The position numbers and the translations under genes were made by a program. The notes under the pieces were generated by a model that saw only the letters and a program-made list of their open reading frames with translations, had not been told where the DNA came from and searched no databases. A stretch of DNA of 64,000 bases from a virus: the IMG/VR virus record IMGVR_UViG_3300011980_000002, positions 1 through 64,000 of that record; one strand, 5' to 3'. Positions 1-8,715 of the stretch are shown piece after piece (within the stretch, counting starts at the first letter, position 1; the number at the start of each line of letters is the position of its first letter).

Positions 1-257
1 TCTCCACTCCCCCTCTATTACTTATATAGTATAATACAAAATAAAAAATAATTTATATTATATTACTCGGTAAAAAAAATATGAAAAATCCATTTTTCAA
101 TTTTCTCTATATATAATATAATAATATTATTATATCTTTTTTCAATCTTTTACCATTTTTTATCTCTTTCTCTCTTTTTATCATTCTCCACCCCCCCTTT
201 ATTATTATATATGTTTATATAATATAAAAAAATATTTTTTATAGATTTTAAAAAATG
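1..257. repeat. Left arm (IR-L) of a long imperfect inverted repeat; nt 1..77 are a perfect reverse complement of 3275..3351
   Basis: I reverse-complemented 1..77 by hand and it matches 3275..3351 exactly. Further blocks match up to about 257 (ttcaatttctctatata, taccattttttatctct, tatataatataaaaaaatatttttt..attttaaaaaatg). It contains the C-rich tract ctccaccccccc (186..197). Confidence 0.85.
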
Positions 258-533
258 ATAAATTGATAAAAAGAAATGGTTCGCCTTATGATATAACATA
301 ATAACATACTATATTACTTAATAATACTATTGTATTTGTTATATTTGTATATTGATTATATCATATCTGTTTATTCTTTATTTACTATAATACATTGAAT
401 TTTTTTTGGACTCCCCCTATTTACATTATTGTTTATAAATTATTTTTTATATTGAATATAATGAAATTTATTAGATAATTTATATATTATATATTTAGAT
501 ATATTATAGAAAGGATTAATGGTGTAATTAATT

Positions 534-998
534 ATGTCTAAAAAGAAAATTAAGAAGAAGAAAATTAAAGATGTTAAATTTGAAAGACCTGTACCAAAAA
601 ATGAAAGAGGTTTATTAGCAGATATAGATAAGAATATTGTGGAACAATATTTAGCATTGGAACAAGATATATCAGATTATCAATATCAATTATACTTAGC
701 AGATAAAAAGACTAAAAAGAAATATAAGAAATATCAAAAGAAAGGTAAACTATTTTATATATCAGATTCTCCTTCCGTTAAGAAGAAGATGGAGATTATT
801 AAGAGTATGGAAGAACATAACTTTTTAGAGACTTGTATTAAGACATTTAATGATATGAGACCAATATTAAAATTACTTGGAAGAACTGTTGCATTATTAT
901 TAACAGCTCTATTATCTATAGATGCTATTAAAAGAAGTATTAAACCTGAAACAATGTCTATGATAGACACTATATTCAATCTATCAATGGCATTATAG
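534..998 (+). CDS. Hypothetical Lys-rich protein with a hydrophobic C-terminal segment
   Basis: ORF of 154 aa. N-terminus is MSKKKIKKKKIK and the C-terminal stretch LLGRTVALLLTALLSI is hydrophobic. GAAAGGA lies upstream. It is the first gene of the IR-flanked cassette. Confidence 0.5.
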   Translation: MSKKKIKKKKIKDVKFERPVPKNERGLLADIDKNIVEQYLALEQDISDYQYQLYLADKKTKKKYKKYQKKGKLFYISDSPSVKKKMEIIKSMEEHNFLETCIKTFNDMRPILKLLGRTVALLLTALLSIDAIKRSIKPETMSMIDTIFNLSMAL

Positions 999-1023
999 AA
1001 AAATATTATGAAAGGTTTAATAT

Positions 1024-1452
1024 ATGAGCATATATGTATTATTGGACAGGTTTAAAAGACCTATTGCATATCATACTAAAAAGAAAGTAATATTTAAGTA
1101 TTATGATAATATTAATAGAGATGATGTGTATGTTGCTAAGACGAATAAAAAACCTATAGACTATGAAGAACTGTATTTAGTTAAATATGGTTCTTCTTAT
1201 GTTCCTAATAACTTAATAACCACATTAGAGGTTATGAATGATGATGAACAACAAGCTTATAGAGATATAATTAATATTATAGATAGTGAAATAGAATTTG
1301 GTAATATTTCTAAAGATGATATTAAATATCTTAACAAAACTGCTAAGTATTTTAAGAATAAAATTAAAGAAATTAAAAATAGACCAGTATCCGAGCAACT
1401 GGTCAGTGAATATAAAAATATGTTAGAATCATTTAAAAGCAAATTCTACTAA
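1024..1452 (+). CDS. Hypothetical protein
   Basis: ORF of 142 aa, closely following the previous gene with GAAAGG upstream. I recognised no motifs. Confidence 0.5.
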   Translation: MSIYVLLDRFKRPIAYHTKKKVIFKYYDNINRDDVYVAKTNKKPIDYEELYLVKYGSSYVPNNLITTLEVMNDDEQQAYRDIINIIDSEIEFGNISKDDIKYLNKTAKYFKNKIKEIKNRPVSEQLVSEYKNMLESFKSKFY

Positions 1453-1592
1453 TAGAGAATTTACTAGAGATAAAGATAATTGGCTTATTAAAGGTCAATT
1501 ATCTTTATTTTTTATAATAACCCCATATATTTACCGAAAAACATAACCATAAGCATATATTAAAAATAAATATGAAAGGTAGATCAATAAAA

Positions 1593-1856
1593 ATGGGAAA
1601 CACAACTGATTTTATTTATGACATAATGCAAGATTTAGTATCATACGGATTGACTATCTATAAAGATGGTATTTACTTTATAGAGAGATTTCCAATCTTT
1701 TATAAGATAAATAAATATCTTAAATTAGATAATAATAATTATAATAATATGATAGAAGAATTATCTTCTAAATATAATGTAGAATTTGAGTATGATAATG
1801 ATAATGATCAATATGTATTTATGTACAGGAACGCAGTATTTAAATTAGTTGAATAA
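1593..1856 (+). CDS. Hypothetical protein (the track ORF starts at 1572; ATG 1593 has the better RBS)
   Basis: The in-frame ATG at 1593 is preceded by TGAAAGG. The ATG at 1572 has no SD. Confidence 0.45.
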   Translation: MGNTTDFIYDIMQDLVSYGLTIYKDGIYFIERFPIFYKINKYLKLDNNNYNNMIEELSSKYNVEFEYDNDNDQYVFMYRNAVFKLVE

Positions 1857-1929
1857 AAAAATGATTAATCCATAATTGTATTTATTTTAATAATTATAAT
1901 TTTTTAATGAAAGGAGTCTTTCTCACATT

Positions 1930-3021
1930 ATGCGAAATATATTCGATGAAATAAATTTAGAAATTGATAATGTGATAAATGAACAATTCTCCGTTGGTAC
2001 GATGTTACCAATTGTACCATTAGAAAATAATAGAGTTAGGGATACTACGATTGCATCTGAATTTAAAGAAATAGATTATGCAAAAGAAGTAGAAGATACT
2101 ATTAGTAAAATTAATGGAGATGAGATTAACAGATTATCACCACCTTCAGATGTTTCCGGTTATGAAGGTAAAAGAATGACTGTGGATTTATTTAAGAATA
2201 GTAATCCAAGTACTAATGATAAGGAATTAATACTTACAGCTAATTATGTAAAATCCATGTGTAGTTCTTATACAAGTAAATTCCAGAATTTAGTTCCAAT
2301 AGAGAATCTGGAGCACAGTTATAATACTACCATGGGGTCAGAGTATAATGAGTCTATACTATTATCATTTAAAAAACTATTTGATGATTTATATAATAAC
2401 CCTAATGGATACTATCCGGTTAAATTTAATGGAAGAATATTCTTTGTATTAAGAAACGATAATGATGTAATTCATGTAGAATTTATTGATGACACTGCAA
2501 GAAGAAATGCACTTTATTACATGACATGGTTATCCATGTTTAATGATTTAAAGTCTAAGCAATTCTTAAATTATCTTTCTTCTATAAAGAATTATCAATC
2601 TTCTATTAATGTGGAAATTACTAATCCTGATGAAGAGAATAAAGATAGCGTAATCAAAGAGTCAAGAGATATCTCTCCGGAGATACAAGATGTAGTTACA
2701 TTATTAAATAATAAAGGATACAAGACAGTATCATCTTCTCCAGGATATGAGAAGTATAGAAATAAGAGAGATACTTATAAAGATGGAATTAAGTATGATT
2801 CATTATATACTACTGCAAGAATAGTATTTGAAGAAGATTACGATATATCAGCTCCCCCAGGATGGGAAAAAAGAAAGTTTGATGGTAAAATAGGAATATA
2901 TCCAGAACCAAGAAAATATAGATACAAGGATGGTGTTCCGGATAAAGCATTTGAAGAATGGAAAAATGACTATATGTCAACATTAAGAGGATGGGCTGAA
3001 AAGTTAAAATCTATCAATTAA
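1930..3021 (+). CDS. Hypothetical protein, 363 aa
   Basis: Long uninterrupted ORF with GAAAGGAG upstream. It is the last gene of the IR-flanked cassette. Confidence 0.6.
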   Translation: MRNIFDEINLEIDNVINEQFSVGTMLPIVPLENNRVRDTTIASEFKEIDYAKEVEDTISKINGDEINRLSPPSDVSGYEGKRMTVDLFKNSNPSTNDKELILTANYVKSMCSSYTSKFQNLVPIENLEHSYNTTMGSEYNESILLSFKKLFDDLYNNPNGYYPVKFNGRIFFVLRNDNDVIHVEFIDDTARRNALYYMTWLSMFNDLKSKQFLNYLSSIKNYQSSINVEITNPDEENKDSVIKESRDISPEIQDVVTLLNNKGYKTVSSSPGYEKYRNKRDTYKDGIKYDSLYTTARIVFEEDYDISAPPGWEKRKFDGKIGIYPEPRKYRYKDGVPDKAFEEWKNDYMSTLRGWAEKLKSIN

Positions 3022-3074
3022 AAAATTAATGTATATAGTACTATCTATATAAAAAATATTTTTAGTGCTATATA

Positions 3075-3351
3075 CATTTTTTAAAATTTAAAAAAATATT
3101 TTTTTATATTATATATACATATATATAATAAAAGAACATGGTGAAAGGGGGAAAGGGAGAGAAGAAAAAGAGAAAGAGATTGAAAAGAGATAAAAAATGG
3201 TAAAAAGATATTATATATATATATATATTATATAGAGAAATTGAAATGGCATATTTTTTATATTATTATAGCAATTTTTTACCGAGTAATATAATATAAA
3301 TTATTTTTTATTTTGTATTATACTATATAAGTAATAGAGGGGGAGTGGAGA
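3075..3351. repeat. Right arm (IR-R) of the inverted repeat paired with 1..257
   Basis: 3275..3351 is the exact reverse complement of 1..77. The inner part is imperfect and includes a purine-rich block (3137..3207). Confidence 0.85.
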
Positions 3352-3470
3352 AGCTCGGGGGTGGATAAAAGAGAGAAAGAGCGAAGAAAGGGAAAAGAAG
3401 AGAGAAAGAAAGAGAGAGAAATAAAAAAAGAGAAAGAGATGGAAAGAGATAAAAAATGGTATAAAAAAAA
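3352..3470 (+). repeat. Purine-rich block, a direct repeat of 3137..3207 and an inverted copy of about 136..197
   Basis: The core gagaaagagat(t/g)gaaa(a)gagataaaaaatggta occurs at 3170..3203 and 3431..3463. Its complement taccattttttatctctttc occurs at 151..170. A G5 tract precedes both direct copies. Confidence 0.75.
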
Positions 3471-3851
3471 TTAAACATGAGAATACGCATTTTAATCTAT
3501 TATCAATTTTTTATGTAAGCATATATAATGATAAAAGATCATTATCAATATAGATAATTTTTTTATTATTATATATACTTATATATTAATAAACGCGTAT
3601 AAGAAATATCTGAATGATTTTACATAGAATAATGCAAAAAACCATATCCAGATGTATTTTTTGATTAACCTGTTATTTTTCAATTATCCATTGCACACAC
3701 TCTATCAAGGAATTAAAAAAATAAATTTAAGATATCATATTCTAAAGGTTTTTGATATATACGCATTTATTAAATTAATTTATAACCAATACTAGATAAA
3801 ATTCTAGTATTGGTTAATTTTATCCGACTTTTATCGAGTTTTGCCGCCGCG

Positions 3852-3877
3852 GGAAATAACCCCTTCGGGATTTCCCT
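3852..3877 (+). terminator. GC-rich hairpin with a UUCG-type loop followed by TTTTT
   Basis: In gggaaataaccccttcgggatttccc, gggaaat pairs with atttccc and ccc pairs with ggg around a ttcg loop, followed by taacttttt. It is a conspicuous GC island (gccgccgcggg) in AT-rich noncoding DNA. Confidence 0.4.
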
Positions 3878-3929
3878 AACTTTTTGAGAAAAATATGTGA
3901 ATTGATAAAATTTGTAAAAAAATAAATTT

Positions 3930-4008
3930 TCAGTAGATAGTAAAAATCAATTTCGTATATATTATTTTTATAAAAATAATATAGTGAATTGAAATTACTA
4001 TCTACTGA
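3930..4008 (-). terminator. Long hairpin downstream of minus-strand gene 4074..4835
   Basis: The arms tcagtagatagtaa (3930..3943) and ttactatctactga (3995..4008) pair. On the minus strand a T-rich run follows (complement of 3911..3929). Confidence 0.5.
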
Positions 4009-4073
4009 ATTTTTTAATCAAAAATATCTGGAATATTCGGATTGAGCTGATTTTTTATCAATTTCTCTATAAT

Positions 4074-4835
4074 CTATTTAATAACAATACCTTTTGGTAT
4101 ATCAAGATGGTAGTTATTATCCCAATCCTCTAATAATGAATTTCGATTATTTCTTGCATCTGCCCAATCATCAATTTTAAGATTAATATTACCATATACG
4201 GTTTCTATACCATCCCAATGCTTTGCTAATTGATAAAATGCATCTTGTACATCATACAATGCTAATTTAAAAAATGATGGTTCTGCTGTCAATGGAATTG
4301 TAGATAATGACTTATGATGTTCAAATGCTAATTCTATACATATTCCATTAGACATTATTAAATCGTAAAGTATCAATGTACAAGGTTCAATAAAGTCAAA
4401 TGTTAATTTTGGATACATGTTACTTTGTAATTGACTAGCTGCATTTGTCAACATCATTTGTTGCATCATATTAATACCCGCATAAGGCATAATTCCATTA
4501 AATCCATATCCACTCATTCCGGTATAAGTAGAATTTCCACTATTACCATTATATTGAACATCTGATACAGTTATTAGATGTCTATTCTTAAATTCCGGTA
4601 ATATATAACCAACTCCATTTCTTTCATTATTATCATACTCTTCTGCTCTTTGTAAATCGTTTACATCTACATATAATAAATCATAATATGGTTGATAAAC
4701 AGAAAAGGTTGGTACTGTGGTTATCTCTATAACTTCTCTAATAAAATCATCTACATTATCTACCGGTAAATGAATACCGTATATTCCCATAGACATTTTT
4801 ATTCTGGTTATTTCTCTTGATAAATTTATTGCCAT
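4074..4835 (-). CDS. Hypothetical protein (possibly a virion component)
   Basis: ORF of 253 aa with AGAAAGGGA 7 nt upstream on the minus strand. I recognised no catalytic motifs. Confidence 0.6.
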   Translation of the reverse strand: MAINLSREITRIKMSMGIYGIHLPVDNVDDFIREVIEITTVPTFSVYQPYYDLLYVDVNDLQRAEEYDNNERNGVGYILPEFKNRHLITVSDVQYNGNSGNSTYTGMSGYGFNGIMPYAGINMMQQMMLTNAASQLQSNMYPKLTFDFIEPCTLILYDLIMSNGICIELAFEHHKSLSTIPLTAEPSFFKLALYDVQDAFYQLAKHWDGIETVYGNINLKIDDWADARNNRNSLLEDWDNNYHLDIPKGIVIK

Positions 4836-4972
4836 TTTTTATGATCCCTTTCTATAAGAATTAGATAATTGTCGTTATATGTCAATATCAGTAATGACTA
4901 CTATAATTAAAAACATTGATGTAAAGATACCCCCTAAATAAAAATCAAAAGAAAGATGAGGTGTAGAACTCT

Positions 4973-5263
4973 ATGAATTTTTTAAAAAGAGTTGATTGGT
5001 TGAATGTTCCAACTGGTACTTATGTTAGGTATTTATTAGCAATCCTTGCGGCTGTTAATGTAATACTTAATGCATTTGGGCTTAAGGCTATCATACTTGA
5101 TGATTCTAAGGTTTATGACGTTGTAAGTGCAGTTATCTTTATACTGATATTATTCGTTAATACTTATAAGGATAATCCAACTTCACCAGAGGCTATAGAG
5201 TCTAATAAGTTTATGAAGAGACTTAAGGCTGAAAATAAGATCAAAGAACAAGAACACCCTTAA
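4973..5263 (+). CDS. Small membrane protein, holin-like
   Basis: 96 aa with two hydrophobic stretches (YVRYLLAILAAVNVILNAFG and VVSAVIFILILFV) and a charged C-terminal tail. The layout resembles phi LC3-type holins as I remember them. Confidence 0.45.
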   Translation: MNFLKRVDWLNVPTGTYVRYLLAILAAVNVILNAFGLKAIILDDSKVYDVVSAVIFILILFVNTYKDNPTSPEAIESNKFMKRLKAENKIKEQEHP

Positions 5264-5408
5264 TTTTTAGATAGAATAAGGTGTTTTCAAAAGAATTTAA
5301 ATTATGAGATATGATACTGATTATAAAGGTATCATATCTCATAATTTTATTTACTTTTATATACTATTACTATATATATTGAATAAATTAATAAAGGTGT
5401 TGTAATAG

Positions 5409-5612
5409 GTGAAATGCATGGACGATAATATGTGTAACGATTTAATGATCAATATGATAGATAGGATATTAGAATTGTCTGAATATATTGATCATGATAG
5501 ATGTATGAGTAAAAAAGATTATAAGAAAAGAATTAAGTATTTAAAGAAGATTAAAAAGAAAATAGAGAAAGGTGGAATATATGCATATAGTAAAGAAAGA
5601 AATTATCCATGA
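5409..5612 (+). CDS. Hypothetical small basic protein
   Basis: 67-aa ORF with a GTG start after AAAGGTG. Its stop overlaps the next start (ATGA). Confidence 0.4.
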   Translation: MKCMDDNMCNDLMINMIDRILELSEYIDHDRCMSKKDYKKRIKYLKKIKKKIEKGGIYAYSKERNYP

Positions 5613-6163
5613 ATAAAGAAAAGACTTATAGATATTATTTGATTTATATTAAGCCAGAATATTATTCATTAATACCAGACCAATATAAATCAAGTTTAAA
5701 TAATTCTTTTACGATGCTTTATGCTTATACAGATAATAAGAAATATTTAAATAAATTTTTAGAATATCGAAATAAGAATTATTATTATATAATAAAGAAA
5801 GATTTAACAAGAGAAGATGTTAACTTCTTATGTAAAGACTATCAGAATTATATAATAAGAAAGAAGAAAGTTACTTCAAGATATAATGTAACTAAATCAT
5901 GTGATAAAGATTTTTATATAACAGAAAAAGAGCATAATATAACTCTTAATTATATCTATCATATATTAAGTGAAGATATGTGGTTATTATCATACGATAA
6001 TATTATTGATATATTTACCGAAGAGTATAAAGAAATATTAACTATATTAAGATTTGATAAGTTACATGATAGACTTAATGAGGGTAATTTAAATTTTAGT
6101 GATTTTATGATACCGGATTTTATTGGTAGTTATATAGAAATCTTTAAGAGTATTTTGATATGA
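5609..6163 (+). CDS. 'LYAxT' paralog family member 1
   Basis: The N-terminal pattern YRYYLIY...TMLYAYTDNKKYLNKFLEYRN is shared with 6195, 6847, 7167 and 50258. Confidence 0.6.
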   Translation: MNKEKTYRYYLIYIKPEYYSLIPDQYKSSLNNSFTMLYAYTDNKKYLNKFLEYRNKNYYYIIKKDLTREDVNFLCKDYQNYIIRKKKVTSRYNVTKSCDKDFYITEKEHNITLNYIYHILSEDMWLLSYDNIIDIFTEEYKEILTILRFDKLHDRLNEGNLNFSDFMIPDFIGSYIEIFKSILI

Positions 6164-6194
6164 TTAAGAAAAGAAAGGAAGTTAGAGAAATTCA

Positions 6195-6809
6195 ATGTCT
6201 AAAGAATATGTGAAAGTATATCTATTCTTTCTAAATAATATTAATATATACCACGAAGTTCTTTATAGATATGGGAATGAATTAGAAAATGAGTATATAA
6301 AAGATTCTAAGTTATTATATGCATGGACATCTAAAAAGAAACTTATGAAGAAATATGCTAAATTAAGAAAAGATATCTTTGATATTATGTCTATTAATAT
6401 AGATATATCTAAGTATAATGACTTTGCAGAAACTTATGAGTTACAAGAAATAATAGATAAGAAGTTTACTAATACTAATGAGAGATTATATCCAACATTA
6501 TATGAGTATACATTAATAGAGGATTATTTTAATGATACTGTATTCATTACATTATCAGAATACACTAAAACATATCCGATGATATTTAAGGATATATATC
6601 GAGAGATGCTAGACATAATATTATATAATAATTCATATTTTATGAGCGAATACTCGTATGAAGATGCTACAGAGGACGAGGAACTATATAGGTATAATTT
6701 AGGTTATGCTATTACTGGGGAGTATGGATATAATCTTACAGATATATTAGATATGATAGATAGAGTAACTCTATATAAATATATCTTCACAGATATATTA
6801 TTAAATTGA
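6195..6809 (+). CDS. 'LYAxT' paralog family member 2
   Basis: VKVYLFFL...KLLYAWTSKKKLMKKYAKLRKDIF. Confidence 0.6.
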   Translation: MSKEYVKVYLFFLNNINIYHEVLYRYGNELENEYIKDSKLLYAWTSKKKLMKKYAKLRKDIFDIMSINIDISKYNDFAETYELQEIIDKKFTNTNERLYPTLYEYTLIEDYFNDTVFITLSEYTKTYPMIFKDIYREMLDIILYNNSYFMSEYSYEDATEDEELYRYNLGYAITGEYGYNLTDILDMIDRVTLYKYIFTDILLN

Positions 6810-6846
6810 TAATTATTATAATGGATAAAAAAGGAGAAAAAGAAAT

Positions 6847-7164
6847 ATGAAAATACGTTGCTTTTATTTAAAATCAAATGATAAGAATAATTTATATGCT
6901 GTCACTATTGATAGAAGTACAGCTAGAGAATTTATGAATAGTAGAGATATGAGTAAATTTATATTTGATGAAATGGAAATTCCTAATGATGATGCCAAAG
7001 ATTTTCTATTGAAAAATGAGTATTGTGAGTTAAGACATAAAATTCTGACTGATATAGATATGGAGTCTCAAAGAGTTGTAGTTATGACAAAGAAGGAATT
7101 TTCATTATTGAAGAATTATACATATCAAGAGTTCTCTGAATTACATAAGGATTTATTAAAGTAA
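6847..7164 (+). CDS. 'LYAxT' paralog family member 3 (short form)
   Basis: IRCFYLKSNDKNNLYAVTIDRSTAREFMNSRDM. Confidence 0.6.
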   Translation: MKIRCFYLKSNDKNNLYAVTIDRSTAREFMNSRDMSKFIFDEMEIPNDDAKDFLLKNEYCELRHKILTDIDMESQRVVVMTKKEFSLLKNYTYQEFSELHKDLLK

Positions 7165-7166
7165 TC

Positions 7167-7745
7167 ATGATATTACATAGATTTTATTTATATGATAAAA
7201 ATATGAGTAAGAAAGATTATATGAAACTTACTAACGGAAGTAATGATAGGAAGCATCTTTATGCTGTTACTACTAATAATAAATTTTATAAAGAATTTAT
7301 TAAGGAAAGAAATATGGATATTTTCATCCATATAAAGAGTAGAGTGAGTAAACAAGAAGCTTCCTATTATATTAATAATCATTACTCATGTAATTTATCT
7401 AGGAATGAATTAGCATATTACCCATATAAATCTAAAAATGATAAATATCGAGTAGATACTCAGGTATTATGTACTAATACAGAAATAGAATCTGTAAGAA
7501 CTATTTCCGATATGTATTACTTAACATTTAATGGAAATTTATCAGATTTCATAAATCCAAAAATATTTAAAGAAGAATATCTTCATAGTTTAATTATGTT
7601 AGATTATTTAACATTAATGAATATTTCTGGAGTAGTAAATTTTCATAACTCATATGATGGTAATTCTGAAATTCCGGATTTACCATCCATATTATTAGAT
7701 GAATTTATGATATTCATAGATTTATATGGGAAGTTATATAAATAA
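7167..7745 (+). CDS. 'LYAxT' paralog family member 4
   Basis: LHRFYLYDKN...KHLYAVTTNNKFYKEFIKERNMDIF. Confidence 0.6.
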   Translation: MILHRFYLYDKNMSKKDYMKLTNGSNDRKHLYAVTTNNKFYKEFIKERNMDIFIHIKSRVSKQEASYYINNHYSCNLSRNELAYYPYKSKNDKYRVDTQVLCTNTEIESVRTISDMYYLTFNGNLSDFINPKIFKEEYLHSLIMLDYLTLMNISGVVNFHNSYDGNSEIPDLPSILLDEFMIFIDLYGKLYK

Positions 7746-7802
7746 CTATATCATTCGACAATGATATAGTTATTTTTTTTATATAGAAAGGTAAATTTTA
7801 TT

Positions 7803-8465
7803 ATGAGTAAAAATAATATAGACATTATAAAATTACCAAAGACAGAAAATATGGAATATAGTGTAGATTATGAAACTCCAAAGTCTAAAAGGAAGTTTAT
7901 TGAAAGATGTAAAAGAACTATAAGGAAGTCTAAAGAGTATAAAGATTATATAAGATTTTTAAAAGATAATCTTGATATGGATAGATGTGCATTCTTTAAC
8001 CAGGTTCATAAAAATAAAGGTATGAGAGTATCTATAGAAATACATCATGAACCATTTGTATTAGAAGACATCGTACAGATTATTATAGAGAAACATCTTC
8101 ATGAAGGAATTACTTTAAATGAATTAGAAATTGCTGATGATGTAATGAAATTACATTATGAGAATAAAGTAGGACTAATTCCTTTATCTAAGACTTTACA
8201 TGAGTTATATCATAATACTACAGGGGAAAATAAATTATTCATTCCAATTTATATGTGCTATGGTAATTATGCAGAATTCATTAAAGAGTATTGGGATTAT
8301 ATGGATGACCAATTAAAGCTTAAAATAGAGAAAAAAATAGAAGAGTCTAAGAATGTAAAACCGGAAGACTATGAAAAACTATTGGAAGCAAAGTTCCAAT
8401 ATATAGAAATGGATGGTGTAGATTTACCAAAGAAGATGGAAATAGAAGAAGAAATGATAGCATAA
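7803..8465 (+). CDS. Conserved His-motif protein, paralog of 52470..53123
   Basis: It shares the pattern Y..Y(I/A).LK......(R/K)C......(V)SIE(I/M)HH.P with the other copy, plus later H-rich positions (LHELYHN vs VHEEVHT). This may be a metal-binding or HNH-like fold. Confidence 0.55.
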   Translation: MSKNNIDIIKLPKTENMEYSVDYETPKSKRKFIERCKRTIRKSKEYKDYIRFLKDNLDMDRCAFFNQVHKNKGMRVSIEIHHEPFVLEDIVQIIIEKHLHEGITLNELEIADDVMKLHYENKVGLIPLSKTLHELYHNTTGENKLFIPIYMCYGNYAEFIKEYWDYMDDQLKLKIEKKIEESKNVKPEDYEKLLEAKFQYIEMDGVDLPKKMEIEEEMIA

Positions 8466-8466
8466 A

Positions 8467-8523
8467 AATAGATGATATAGATAACTTTAGTTTACATATA
8501 CTAAGTTATCTATATCATCTATT
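8467..8523 (+). terminator. Hairpin terminator
   Basis: 21-nt arms aatagatgatatagataactt / aagttatctatatcatctatt, followed by a T-rich tail. Confidence 0.6.
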
Positions 8524-8715
8524 CTATTTTTTGTTAAAAATTATCTATTCAATATTTTTTGTTTATAAAGAAAAGTGTGAGAATATGTTAGTAGGGAAAA
8601 ATAATTCCATATTTAATATTCTTTTATTCAGATGTTATAAATATATATTATTAAAATAGATGCTTAGATTGCCTTAGAATAGGACAAATAGAAAGGAGCT
8701 AGTTTAAGAATAATT

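Noticed and set aside
1024-1452. A possible distant sixth member of the 'LYAxT' family (IYVLLDRFKRPIAYHTKKKVIFKYY).
   Set aside because: Only the short (I/L)(A)YxTKKK string matches and the rest does not align by eye. That is too weak to assign family membership.
3211-3232. (TA)n microsatellite-like runs at 3211..3232, 46677..46690 and 50876..50897.
   Set aside because: They are short (about 7-10 units) and expected in DNA this AT-rich. They may vary in length between isolates, but nothing indicates a specific function. The 50876 run lies between a promoter-like motif and a leader, so it could tune spacing, but I have no evidence for that.
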